NCBI GenBank assembly: GCA_964608765.1
Contig: CAZSPD010000001.1
Span: 6,373 to 70,372, forward strand
DNA length: 64,000 nt
Source: Candidatus Woesearchaeota archaeon
GTDB taxonomy: Archaea; Nanobdellota; Nanobdellia; Pacearchaeales; GW2011-AR1
Reading direction: 5' to 3'
Position 1 is the stretch's first letter; the number at the start of each line of letters is the position of its first letter. A program made the position numbers and the translations under genes. Under the pieces are notes generated by a model. It ran no database searches. It worked only from the letters and a program-made list of their open reading frames with translations, and had not been told where the DNA came from. Shown one piece after another: positions 54,402-64,000 of this stretch.

Positions 54402-55205
54402 TTATCCAAACCAATATCCTAATTTATATGGAATTCCCCTTAATATTCTTAATAAGAAACTCTTAAGGCTCCATCTCAAGTGTTTGAACTTAAATTTTCT
54501 AAATCTATCTTTTTTAGTTATCAAATCTCTGTAAAGCCCAGTCTTGTAAAAATCTTTTGTTGTTTTTCCCCATCTCCACTGCTTTTTGAAAAGCAGCTTC
54601 AGAGTATCTGGCTCCATATGTTCTACAGCATTCTTAATCATTCCATTCTTATTTGTAATTTTTTTAAACTCATACCAAGTTATTATGTGGTCTTGGGCAG
54701 CACATATGTTTATGTACTTTTTAGGGATATTTTTATGAGCTTTCATTAATAATTTTCTTTTAAAAAATCTGGGTAAAACAATATCATCATCAGGTTCCCA
54801 ATATGTCTGAACAAGCATTCTATCTGCATCATAAAGAGAAGGTAAAAACTTTTTTCGATTATACGCCCTTTCCCAAAACCATAAACTATCATACTCTTTC
54901 ATTTTTTTAACTGCTCTTTCAATAGCTGTTTTTTCTAATATTTGATCAGAATCAAGTAATAAAACATATTCCCCTTTACTTTTCTCAGTTCCAAGAATTC
55001 TAGCTTCAAGAAGTTTCCCTTTACACATAATTATTTTTGCTTTAAACTTCTTTGCAATTTCAAGAGTTTTATCTTTACTATAACTATCAACAATAATTAT
55101 CTCAATATTTTTATATGTCTGATTTTTAACTGCATTTAAACACTGCTCAAGTGTACTCTCAGAGTTGTATGTTGGAATATTTATCGAAACTAATTTTTTT
55201 GCCAT
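54402..55205 (-). CDS. Glycosyltransferase family 2
   Basis: VSINIPTYNS, VDSYSKDKT, LLDSDQ, KQWRWG. Confidence 0.9.
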   Translation of the reverse strand: MAKKLVSINIPTYNSESTLEQCLNAVKNQTYKNIEIIIVDSYSKDKTLEIAKKFKAKIIMCKGKLLEARILGTEKSKGEYVLLLDSDQILEKTAIERAVKKMKEYDSLWFWERAYNRKKFLPSLYDADRMLVQTYWEPDDDIVLPRFFKRKLLMKAHKNIPKKYINICAAQDHIITWYEFKKITNKNGMIKNAVEHMEPDTLKLLFKKQWRWGKTTKDFYKTGLYRDLITKKDRFRKFKFKHLRWSLKSFLLRILRGIPYKLGYWFG

Positions 55206-55241
55206 ATTCTATTTCTATTTAATAAATGTTTATAAATATTA

Positions 55242-56393
55242 TTAATTGCATGATAATGTTTTTTTGATTTTTTCAATAAAATTACTTGTGCTAGAGACAA
55301 TGTTGAGTATCTTTTTTGGTTTTACTTTTGATTTTATAAAATTTTCTAGTGTTTCATTTATACTTTTAATCATCTTTTTATCGTCGTATACTTCTTTTAT
55401 TTTGTAAAATTGAGGTATATCTTTTACTAAATTATAGTATCCTCCTTTGTCTACAGCTATTAATGGTTTCCCTAAACTTAATGCTTCAAATGGAACTATC
55501 CCAAAATCTTCTACAAATGGGATAAATATTACTGCATTACATTCTTCATATAATTTCAGAAATTCTTTATTCTCTAAATTTATTTTTATTTCAATATTTT
55601 TACATCCTTCAGATAATTCTTTTATTTTTTCATAATATTTTTTATTTTCCATATTTCCTGCAATTATCAACTTTTTATTAGGATGTTTTTTAGAAAAAAC
55701 TTTCCAAGATTCAATTAATAAGTCCTGTCTTTTAGGGGGATTTATACGAGAAGGATATAAAAAATAATCTTTATTCTTTGTATTTACTTTTTTGGATTTA
55801 CCTATATCTGTAGGAGGATAAATTACACTAACTTTTTTATTTTTAATTAAATTTCTTTTTTTTGCTCTCTCTAAACTTAATTCTGAATTAAATATAGCAT
55901 AATCTATTTTTTTCCAAGCAGTTTTTTCAAATATTTTATATATTTTTACAACAGAAACATAAAATGCTTTTGAAAAAATATTTTTGTATTTTTTATTTAA
56001 ATTCCACTTTACTATTTCTTCACTAGCATCTCTCAAAGGAGTGTGGATATATGCATATGTTTTCCCAGGCTTATAATTTCTAAATAAAATAAATTCTCCA
56101 ACACCTGAAGTTGATATTAAAAATAAATCATATTTTTTTAAGGGAATTTTAGAAAATAAAGAACTTATTAAAAACACTCCTCTCAATATATTTGAATGTG
56201 AAAACTTCCTAAAAAACTTATTTCCAATAATATTTATTTTAAATTTTTTAAATTCTTCAAAAGTATTTTCTTTTTCATACACCCAAGTATATAATTCAAT
56301 ATTTTCAAAATTTTTTAATAATTCAAGAACAGTTTTCTCTGCACCCCCCCTACTTTTTATCCAAGGATGAAATATTGCTATTTTCTTTTTCAT
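55242..56393 (-). CDS. Glycosyltransferase family 4 (ALG2-like)
   Basis: HPW....GGAEK, SRINPPKRQDL, EDFGIVPFEA...GKP. Confidence 0.9.
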   Translation of the reverse strand: MKKKIAIFHPWIKSRGGAEKTVLELLKNFENIELYTWVYEKENTFEEFKKFKINIIGNKFFRKFSHSNILRGVFLISSLFSKIPLKKYDLFLISTSGVGEFILFRNYKPGKTYAYIHTPLRDASEEIVKWNLNKKYKNIFSKAFYVSVVKIYKIFEKTAWKKIDYAIFNSELSLERAKKRNLIKNKKVSVIYPPTDIGKSKKVNTKNKDYFLYPSRINPPKRQDLLIESWKVFSKKHPNKKLIIAGNMENKKYYEKIKELSEGCKNIEIKINLENKEFLKLYEECNAVIFIPFVEDFGIVPFEALSLGKPLIAVDKGGYYNLVKDIPQFYKIKEVYDDKKMIKSINETLENFIKSKVKPKKILNIVSSTSNFIEKIKKTLSCN

Positions 56394-59071
56394 TTTATAA
56401 AAGTCATGTTATCTAATCCAGCATACTCTCCAGAAACAGCACTAAATTCTTCTAATACCCTTATATCTTCAGGGGAATCAATCTTCCATATTTTTAATGG
56501 ACCTCTTAATCCTGAAAAATAAAAGAATTCATTTAACTTCATTCCCCCATATGTTTCAAGATATGTTTTTAATGGATCTGGCTCAGAGTGAGCTAATTTC
56601 ACGCCCCTATACTCTTTATTTGGATCATTCATTAAATATAATTTAGAAATAAGACTATCCACAACTCTTGGAGATAAGTAAATTAATGCTCCTTCATTAT
56701 CTAATTGAACTCCTAACTCTGTTTGAGACAATAATGGAATAATATATGCTGCACTATTTATGCCCTCTTCAAAATCATATAGCGTACCATCATAGTAAAC
56801 ATACCTCATAGGTATACTTATTTGATTTCCATTGTAAATATAAACAGCATTTGGTTGTTTAAATGTTCCATTTTCCTTTTCAAGAATTATTCCTCCTATT
56901 CCAGAATACTCTTTAGGGATAAATATTTTTTTTCCATCTTTTTCATAAACAATATCATCTTCTATTCCATACCCTCCATTGTAGATTCTTATTGTTCCAT
57001 TTTTTGTTTCTTGAGTTTGACTTGGATTAGATGCCATAACAGGAATAAATGAAAACCTATCTTTATTTTTCTCATCACTTCCAATACTACTATATGCAGA
57101 ATATTTTCCAATATCTGTTGGGTCAATTAGTAAATATGATACATTTTGAGATTTCATGAAGCTTAATGCAGTTACAGGTTTAGGAGTTGTTAATAAGTAT
57201 CTTCCTATAAGATGATCCCAGTACAAGTTAGCATGTCCGCCATCAGTTACAGTTGGCCTCTCTCCTAAATACTGCACCCAATATCCATAATCCCACCAGT
57301 GAACAAATATATCTTCTGAATTTGTATTTTCTCGTACCCATTCCATTGAATACTGCCATTGTAAATTTGCAGAAGATCCAATCTGTACTGATTGTGCTTT
57401 AATTATTTTTATGTAATTAACTGATGTAAATATAAGTAATATTAATACTCCAATTAAAGCAGCATAAATAACTAATTTGATTATATCATCTTTAACTAAT
57501 TTAGAATATTCATACACCTTTATAACACCATAAATTCCAATAAAACAAATAACAGGAGAAAGAATAAATAATAATCTAACTGCACTTATACCTGCTATAG
57601 TCATAAAAAACACTAAAAGAATAATTATAATATTTTCACTCTTAGTTTCTATTTTATCTTTAAAGTATATGTGTACAAATACAGCAAAAAATAAGAATAT
57701 GCTTCCAATATAAAATAATTTACTAATAAATGAATCTCCATTTAATATCGATTCTGTAGAATATCTATGGAAAAATATTCCAACAACCATCAATACCCAA
57801 GATAATGAAAATAATGTTTTATTTTTCTTTTTATCTATTCCTTTTGAAAATTCAATTCCTACTATTGAAGCTCCAAATATAAATAACCAGAAAAATAATT
57901 TTCCAAATTGGCCCATTACATCTAAAGTATAAGGTATAGCATTCTCAGCAACAGTTTCACCAACTCTTCCACCTCCAAAAGGTCTCAATATGTTTTGAAT
58001 TATCCCAGATAAAGAGAATCCTGTACTTTGATTAAGCATTAAACTAATAATTATAGCAAATATTATTGAAAGCCCAACACTTATAATTATCCTATATTTA
58101 CCTATTTCTTTTAATTTTTTATTTTTTGATTTTAACAGAAGATAGTCAATTAAAGTGAAAATTAATACAAAGGGAACTATTATTCCTTTTACACTTAAAA
58201 TCAGTCCCGCTATTGAACTAAGAGGATAAGAAAAAATAAAACTTAAAAGTATAAATGAAATAAACCAGAAAATATAGAATAAAAGATACTCTTTGAGATT
58301 ATTCCTATTTTCTTCATTATTCATTTTATTTGTAATCCACAATAATAATACAGTTAAGGGAATTATTAGTAAAGTGAATGCTGCAACACCACTCCAAGCA
58401 ACAATATTAAATATTGTAAAAAATCCAGTTACAATTCCTAACACTATTGCCATCTTTACTGAATTTTTCTTTTCAATTTTTTGCATAGCTATAACAAAGG
58501 ATAATAATGCAAGGAAAAATGCAAACATTCCTAAAGGTTCGTGATCAGATACTCCAGCCATAGTCCTAAATAAATAAGCAGGGATTATTGCAAGGAAAAA
58601 ACTAGATAAAAGTGCTGTAAGTCTTGAATTAGTAAGTTTCAATATTAAAAAGAAAAATACTAACATTCCTAAAGCAAAGAATATTACCGGATATATTATA
58701 TTAACATATCTTAAGCTAATCTCACTTGAAAATTTACTCATTATTTTATACATAAAGACTATTGTGTGTGGAAGGAGTTCTCCGCTGTACGGGACTTTAA
58801 GTGAAGGGTACCTCATTGAATCATATTCAGGATAACTACCATGCTCATTTAAAACTTCAGCAAGTCTTAAAAAATAAAATGCATCTAAATCAGCTGTAAC
58901 ATATTCATCTGTTGTAGCATCTTTAAGCAAATGCATATTATTTGTTCTTATTACTGTAGTAAAAGCTATAACTGCAATAAGCAAAATAGCAGTTAGAATA
59001 ACAAGAACTTTTTTTTGATTAATAAAATCAAAAACTCTTTTAGCTACCTTTTTTACTTTTTCTTTACTCAT
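56390..59071 (-). CDS. aglB: Oligosaccharyltransferase (STT3 family)
   Basis: LDAFYFLR, RTMAGVSDHE, TVAEN, WWDYGYW, TVTDGG; many TM segments. Confidence 0.95.
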   Translation of the reverse strand: MSKEKVKKVAKRVFDFINQKKVLVILTAILLIAVIAFTTVIRTNNMHLLKDATTDEYVTADLDAFYFLRLAEVLNEHGSYPEYDSMRYPSLKVPYSGELLPHTIVFMYKIMSKFSSEISLRYVNIIYPVIFFALGMLVFFFLILKLTNSRLTALLSSFFLAIIPAYLFRTMAGVSDHEPLGMFAFFLALLSFVIAMQKIEKKNSVKMAIVLGIVTGFFTIFNIVAWSGVAAFTLLIIPLTVLLLWITNKMNNEENRNNLKEYLLFYIFWFISFILLSFIFSYPLSSIAGLILSVKGIIVPFVLIFTLIDYLLLKSKNKKLKEIGKYRIIISVGLSIIFAIIISLMLNQSTGFSLSGIIQNILRPFGGGRVGETVAENAIPYTLDVMGQFGKLFFWLFIFGASIVGIEFSKGIDKKKNKTLFSLSWVLMVVGIFFHRYSTESILNGDSFISKLFYIGSIFLFFAVFVHIYFKDKIETKSENIIIILLVFFMTIAGISAVRLLFILSPVICFIGIYGVIKVYEYSKLVKDDIIKLVIYAALIGVLILLIFTSVNYIKIIKAQSVQIGSSANLQWQYSMEWVRENTNSEDIFVHWWDYGYWVQYLGERPTVTDGGHANLYWDHLIGRYLLTTPKPVTALSFMKSQNVSYLLIDPTDIGKYSAYSSIGSDEKNKDRFSFIPVMASNPSQTQETKNGTIRIYNGGYGIEDDIVYEKDGKKIFIPKEYSGIGGIILEKENGTFKQPNAVYIYNGNQISIPMRYVYYDGTLYDFEEGINSAAYIIPLLSQTELGVQLDNEGALIYLSPRVVDSLISKLYLMNDPNKEYRGVKLAHSEPDPLKTYLETYGGMKLNEFFYFSGLRGPLKIWKIDSPEDIRVLEEFSAVSGEYAGLDNMTFIK

Positions 59072-59107
59072 TAAAACTAAAGAAAATCACTATTTAAAAA
59101 CCTTAGT

Positions 59108-60106
59108 CTAAAATTTGATAAACAATAAAAATCCCAATATAATTATAATTATCTGGAAAATATTTATAAGATTTACAACTTCATTTTCATAAACTTTTTT
59201 ATTTGGTTTTATCTTTTTTAATAAATATATTGAAAGGTGTTCTAACCCATATATTTTATCATACAATAAATCTAAGCTTCCATCTGGATTTGGTTTTCCA
59301 AAACTCTGTTTTTTTAATCCCCCCCTTAATTTTAAGATAGTTTCAAGTATATATGGGATAAAGAAAAATAAAGTTATTTTTTCAACATTCCCTAGTATTG
59401 CCATACACGCAATAGCTGCACCTATTGCATAGGTTAATGTGTCTCCTGGGAATACTTTTGCTGGATTTGCATTAAACATGTAAAATGCAATTAAAGAAAC
59501 AATTAAACAAAGCCCTACAACACTCAACCAAGAATTACCTGTTAAATAAGTAACTAAAGACATAGCTCCTATAAGGAGTATTCCCTGCCTTGCCTCTAAT
59601 CCATTAAATCCTGCTAAAAAATTAAATGTAGTTGTTGCACCTATCATTCCAAGAGGTATAATAAGGAGAGGGAACAGCAACCCTAGTTCCATCCCCAAAA
59701 CAGATGACTCTCCTGCATTAATCACCATTAATGGAATAGCAGAAATAAATACTAAAGCTATTCTAGAACGCTTGGACAACCCCCCTTTTTTCCACCCAAA
59801 TAAATCATCTATTAATCCTACTCCTGAAACTAATAATAAACTAGTAGTCATAGCAAATATCTTTATAGAAACTTCATCAAGTCTTTTAAAATAAAATGTT
59901 TGAAGTGCAATATATGTCAGTATCCCTATTATTGCCCCAATAACTACAATTATGCCTCCAGAACCAGCAACATTTTTTTGTTTATCATATTTATTCATAT
60001 CCTCCCAAAGCAATCCTATTTGTTTTGCTTTTTTTATCCAAAAAGGCATTGCAAGATATGTACAGAAAAAGCTTATAAAAACAGTCAAGATTATCAAAGG
60101 TTCCAT
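59108..60106 (-). CDS. UDP-GlcNAc:dolichol-phosphate GlcNAc-1-P transferase (GPT/AglH, MraY superfamily)
   Basis: DMNK, GLIDD, FNFLAGFNGLEA, PAKVFPGDT. Confidence 0.9.
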   Translation of the reverse strand: MEPLIILTVFISFFCTYLAMPFWIKKAKQIGLLWEDMNKYDKQKNVAGSGGIIVVIGAIIGILTYIALQTFYFKRLDEVSIKIFAMTTSLLLVSGVGLIDDLFGWKKGGLSKRSRIALVFISAIPLMVINAGESSVLGMELGLLFPLLIIPLGMIGATTTFNFLAGFNGLEARQGILLIGAMSLVTYLTGNSWLSVVGLCLIVSLIAFYMFNANPAKVFPGDTLTYAIGAAIACMAILGNVEKITLFFFIPYILETILKLRGGLKKQSFGKPNPDGSLDLLYDKIYGLEHLSIYLLKKIKPNKKVYENEVVNLINIFQIIIIILGFLLFIKF

Positions 60107-60137
60107 GTTTATTTCATACCTTTCTAACTTTTAAATT

Positions 60138-60995
60138 TTATCTAAATATTAATGGAGTTATATACACTTCAATAAGTGCAGCAATTATTAAAATCACTAG
60201 TGCTAAAAATATTAATGTAATAACGTTTTCAAGGACTTTTAAGAATCTTTTATCTTTTATTCCATTTCTTACTAATCCTACCCCAAACATTCCCCCTGCA
60301 AGAGCAGTAATAAAGTATGCTGCAATTTCAGGTAATCCATGAATAGCATATCTTGCAATTCCAGCAGGTATTTCAGCTAAATTATATCTTGCAAATATTC
60401 CAACTGCAGCTGCAATAACACTTGCATTCCAAACTAAAATAAAGAGAGCTCCTGCCCCAAATATCAAAGAAAATACTAAAGTAAATATCATCACATATAC
60501 ATTATTTTCAATTATAGATAAAAACCTCATACCTCCTATTGAAGAGCCTGTTAAATTGATTTTTCCAGATGAATATTGTTCAACACATCCACTTACATCT
60601 CCTGGACTATTTATCTGGCAGTAAGTTTGAATTTGGAAATTCAAAAGATTTGCATCTTGTAATACAATATTCCAAAATGAAAACGCAACAACAAATCCTA
60701 AAAATAACCACATAAATGCATATATTGCATCTTTATGAGCTTGCCAGATATTAACAATTCCTTCAACTTCTTCATTTTCTTTTTCTTCTCTTTTTATTAT
60801 ATAATACATAAAAGGAAAACTAAACATAATACAAAATAAAACAACTAATACTCCAGAGGCATTAGATAGATTAGGATCTTTTGAAAAAAACCAGTGTACA
60901 AGTAAAAGTGAAAGAGAAGCATAAACTAGTCCAACAAAAAACATCTTCCATTCACTTCTTTCAATTTTTTTAGGGTTTACAATCGCCTCAAGCAT
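60138..60995 (-). CDS. SpoIIM/DUF95-family membrane protein
   Basis: IIENN, WNASVI, HGLPEIAAY, AALIEVYITP. Confidence 0.85.
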   Translation of the reverse strand: MLEAIVNPKKIERSEWKMFFVGLVYASLSLLLVHWFFSKDPNLSNASGVLVVLFCIMFSFPFMYYIIKREEKENEEVEGIVNIWQAHKDAIYAFMWLFLGFVVAFSFWNIVLQDANLLNFQIQTYCQINSPGDVSGCVEQYSSGKINLTGSSIGGMRFLSIIENNVYVMIFTLVFSLIFGAGALFILVWNASVIAAAVGIFARYNLAEIPAGIARYAIHGLPEIAAYFITALAGGMFGVGLVRNGIKDKRFLKVLENVITLIFLALVILIIAALIEVYITPLIFR

Positions 60996-61045
60996 ATCTC
61001 TATTAAAAAAAGAGAATTTTTAAATGTTAAGGCACTAAACACTAT

Positions 61046-61861
61046 ATGAGTAAAGAAAAGAGGTTCAATGAAATTCTAGAAAAAATAAAAAAAATAGAAA
61101 TTCAAGGAGCAAGAAATGTAGCAAAGTCTGCACTTGAAGCATATTCTATTGTACCTTCCAAAGATTCCAAAAAAAAACTTTTATCTTCAAGACCCACAGA
61201 ACCAATGATGGCAAGAGTTTTAGATTTAGCTGAAAAAGGTGTTTCAAAAAAAGACATCCTTAATCATTTTAATTACTCTCAGGATAAAATAAACAAACAT
61301 GTTTTCAAGTTAATTAATCGTAAGGATATAATATTTACTCACTGCCATTCAACTAATGTAGTTAATTCACTTATTTATTCTACAAAAAAAGGAAAAAAAT
61401 TCAAAGTTTATAACACTGAAACTCGCCCTTTATTTCAGGGAAGAAAAACAGCACAAGAACTAAGAGCAAAAGGAATAGATGTTACAATGTTTGTAGATTC
61501 TGCAGCTGCTTTTGCAATTAAGAAAGATAGTAAGGAGGATAAAATATATGCAACTAAGATTTTCTTAGGTGCAGATGCGCTTTTAAAAAAAGGCATAATA
61601 AATAAAATTGGAAGCGGGATGTTTGCTGAAATTGCATTTAAAAATAAAATACCTGTGTATATAATAGCAGATTCTTGGAAATTTACACCTAAAAAAACAC
61701 CTATAGAGCAGAGAAATATAAATGAGGTTTGGGATAAAGCTCCAAAAAACATAAAAATAAAAAATCCTGCATTTGAATTTGTAAAAAAAGAATATATCTC
61801 AGGGATTATAACTGAATTTGGTTTAATGAAGTATAATGATTTTTTAAAAATAGCTAAATAA
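61046..61861 (+). CDS. eIF-2B-family protein, probably ribose-1,5-bisphosphate isomerase
   Basis: IQGA, RPTEP, THCHS, ETRP..QG, GADA, NKIGS, NPAFE. Confidence 0.8.
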   Translation: MSKEKRFNEILEKIKKIEIQGARNVAKSALEAYSIVPSKDSKKKLLSSRPTEPMMARVLDLAEKGVSKKDILNHFNYSQDKINKHVFKLINRKDIIFTHCHSTNVVNSLIYSTKKGKKFKVYNTETRPLFQGRKTAQELRAKGIDVTMFVDSAAAFAIKKDSKEDKIYATKIFLGADALLKKGIINKIGSGMFAEIAFKNKIPVYIIADSWKFTPKKTPIEQRNINEVWDKAPKNIKIKNPAFEFVKKEYISGIITEFGLMKYNDFLKIAK

Positions 61862-61887
61862 AATTAATCAAATTATTCTTAACTTCA

Positions 61888-62346
61888 TTAATGATTGCAC
61901 TCACAATCTTCATCTCCACACTCGCATCCATGATGATTATTTTCATTTGGTTTTTGATATTTCATAAAGACATTTGTTAATTCAGTATTTATTTTCTCTA
62001 ATTCTTTATTTAATTCTTCTTTTGCATTTTTTAGTTTTTTAGTTTGTTTTTGAAGTATTGTTTTTGTTTCAGGGATAGATTTTTTAACAAAGTTTTTATT
62101 TCCAATATCAACTAAAAGTTCCTCAGAAATTAATTTAGCACTAGCATATATACCCCTTCCAATAGGAGCTATTATTTCTTTATCTTTTTTTCCAACTAAT
62201 TCATCTAACTCAAAATTTAAACTTTCTAAATCAACAATTACCTGTTCAACTGCTTGGATTTGCTCTTGTATAATCCTTATTTGTTGTTCAAACATTTGAA
62301 ACTGCATTATCAGTTCTTGTTGTGAAGCATTATTTTCTTTTTTCAT
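61888..62346 (-). CDS. pfdA: Prefoldin alpha subunit
   Basis: Coiled coil, APIGRGIY..LLVDIG..FVKKS beta-hairpins, second coiled coil. Confidence 0.92.
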   Translation of the reverse strand: MKKENNASQQELIMQFQMFEQQIRIIQEQIQAVEQVIVDLESLNFELDELVGKKDKEIIAPIGRGIYASAKLISEELLVDIGNKNFVKKSIPETKTILQKQTKKLKNAKEELNKELEKINTELTNVFMKYQKPNENNHHGCECGDEDCECNH

Positions 62347-62391
62347 GTTTAAATCAGAATAAGATGCTTTTTAAGATTTAGGGTTTTAAGT

Positions 62392-62967
62392 TTATGCAAC
62401 ATTAAACATTTTTTTGCTTCTTAAAACAGAGCTAATTATCATAGTAAATATAAAATAAAACCAAAACCAGCTTAATCCAAGCCAGAATTTTGGACTACCT
62501 AAACTAGTAAAGTAATCATTAAACCATCTAAAAAATAATATGAAAGGTATTCCAGTATACATTATTGGCCTCATACCTAATTTCATTTGTTTGGGCATCA
62601 TTGCAAACTGCTTTTTTTGAAGTTCCATTAATTTTTCAGGTTGATTTTGAAATTCTTTCATTTGTGCTTGAATTTCTTTTTGTTCTCTTTTTATTTCTCT
62701 TAGTGCATCTTGATCTGTAGCATATTTCTGAACAAGAGTTGTCATCAAAGAAATAGCAAAGACAACAATTAACATTCCAAGATTTAAATTCCAACTTAAA
62801 AGAAATCCTGCTGTAGGATTAAGTAGATAATGTATTGAATTTTTTATGAATGGGAGTTTATCCCACAATCCTGCAATAACTAATGAAATTATTAAAAATA
62901 TAAACAAAGGTCTGAAACTTCCCTCTTTTTTAGGTTTTTTTTCTTTTGGTTTTTTTTCCTCTCCCAT
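62392..62967 (-). CDS. DUF106/EMC3-TMCO1 (Oxa1 superfamily) membrane insertase
   Basis: TM, coiled coil, RPIMYT.IP.ILFF.W, WFWFY; immediately downstream of secY. Confidence 0.88.
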   Translation of the reverse strand: MGEEKKPKEKKPKKEGSFRPLFIFLIISLVIAGLWDKLPFIKNSIHYLLNPTAGFLLSWNLNLGMLIVVFAISLMTTLVQKYATDQDALREIKREQKEIQAQMKEFQNQPEKLMELQKKQFAMMPKQMKLGMRPIMYTGIPFILFFRWFNDYFTSLGSPKFWLGLSWFWFYFIFTMIISSVLRSKKMFNVA

Positions 62968-62971
62968 TTTC

Positions 62972-64000
62972 TTAATTACTACTTATGAATTTTCTCATAG
63001 CAGGATTCATATCTGTCATGTGCTGCTCTGCTATCTTTTGGTAAAACTGATACATTATCATTATTACAAGTAATATTGCAGTTCCAGATGATAATGCTCC
63101 TAGTAAGTCTGTTGCAGCAGCAAGTAAACCTATTGCTGCACCCCCCATTACTGTTAACGGCATAATATATCTGTCTAATACACTCTCTAATACCCTTACA
63201 TCTTGTCTAAATCCTGAAATTTGTAATCCAGATGAGGAAATTTTTTGTGCTTGTTCTTTTGCACCCATTCCTGATGTTTTAACCCAGAATACAGAGAACA
63301 ATGTAGCAAGTGCAATATAGGATAATATGTGTGTTAATCCTTGTATTAAGTATCTAGGTAAAAATCCTCCTCTTATTATTAGTTCAAGAAGGTTTGTGTG
63401 CCCAAGCCAGAATGCAAATCCAGAAACTGCATGTCCATCTTGGAAATGCCCTAAAAATGTAGGGTGTCCTGCCCAAGTCTCTAATAATCCTCCAAATAAC
63501 TGGATATTTGCAATTAATGCTGCAGTTAAAATAATAGGAATAACAGATGCATAGAAAAATTGCAGAGGCCATTTAATAGAATATCCCCTTATTCTTCCAA
63601 AGCTTAAAGGTATTTCCACTTTAAGGCTTTGTGCCCATACTACAAGAAGGAATATCACAACTGTAGCAATTAATGCACCTAATGCAGATGCAAATTCAAC
63701 TGGATATTTATTTATAATTGATTGTATTAACACTAAAACTTTTCCAGAGCACGCTGTTCCACTGAAATCAAGTAAACAGTTTCTTCCCTGAGCATTTACA
63801 AATTGGAATGCACTGGTGAATAATCTCCACGAAACTCCTGCAGCAATGAATATACTTACTCCAGAACCAAAGCCCCATTTCTCACAAAGCTCATTCATAT
63901 AATAAATCGCAATTCCTCCAAGTATTAATTGAAATATAACTAGTCCAGCATATCCTGGGACAGCTTCTAATCCTTTCATTAAAACATACACAACTGATTC
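62972..64000 (-). CDS. secY: Preprotein translocase SecY (5'-truncated)
   Basis: KWGFGSGVSIFIAAGV, VEIPL, FYASVIPIIL, GFRQD, SGTAILL; frame is open to the window end. Confidence 0.96.
   Translation of the reverse strand, partial: ESVVYVLMKGLEAVPGYAGLVIFQLILGGIAIYYMNELCEKWGFGSGVSIFIAAGVSWRLFTSAFQFVNAQGRNCLLDFSGTACSGKVLVLIQSIINKYPVEFASALGALIATVVIFLLVVWAQSLKVEIPLSFGRIRGYSIKWPLQFFYASVIPIILTAALIANIQLFGGLLETWAGHPTFLGHFQDGHAVSGFAFWLGHTNLLELIIRGGFLPRYLIQGLTHILSYIALATLFSVFWVKTSGMGAKEQAQKISSSGLQISGFRQDVRVLESVLDRYIMPLTVMGGAAIGLLAAATDLLGALSSGTAILLVIMIMYQFYQKIAEQHMTDMNPAMRKFISSN

Overview
AT-rich archaeal chromosome segment. The gene content fits a reduced DPANN archaeon, probably Pacearchaeota/Woesearchaeota-like (inference). 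It has four blocks. (1) About 1-25.7 kb is a co-oriented surface-structure locus: a membrane-anchored HerA/VirB4-type ATPase with extracellular Ig-like domains, coiled-coil proteins, a HExxH membrane protein, a small HTH protein, a ~5200-aa modular adhesin and three small secreted paralogues. The paralogues share one domain, ending in a Y-x-(F/L)-(W/Y)-V-E-L strand, with the C-terminus of the giant protein. This is the best candidate for an undescribed system: a donor-strand-type filament with a giant tip adhesin. (2) About 25.9-38.5 kb holds a Xer-type recombinase, an orphan serine-recombinase DNA-binding domain and ribosomal protein/RNA polymerase genes, interrupted by a ~5 kb accessory island next to tRNA-Leu(CAA). 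(3) About 38.5-44 kb holds a GH3 hydrolase, a stand-alone 5S rRNA, tRNAs (one appears to be an A34 tRNA-Leu(AAG), very unusual for archaea) and secF/secD. (4) About 44-64 kb is an N-glycosylation locus (intein-containing gmd, flippase, GT10, GME-like epimerase, GT2/GT4 genes, aglB, GPT) followed by an R15P isomerase-like gene, pfdA, an EMC3/TMCO1 homologue and partial secY. No CRISPR array was seen. All calls come from reading motifs by eye; no database searches were run.
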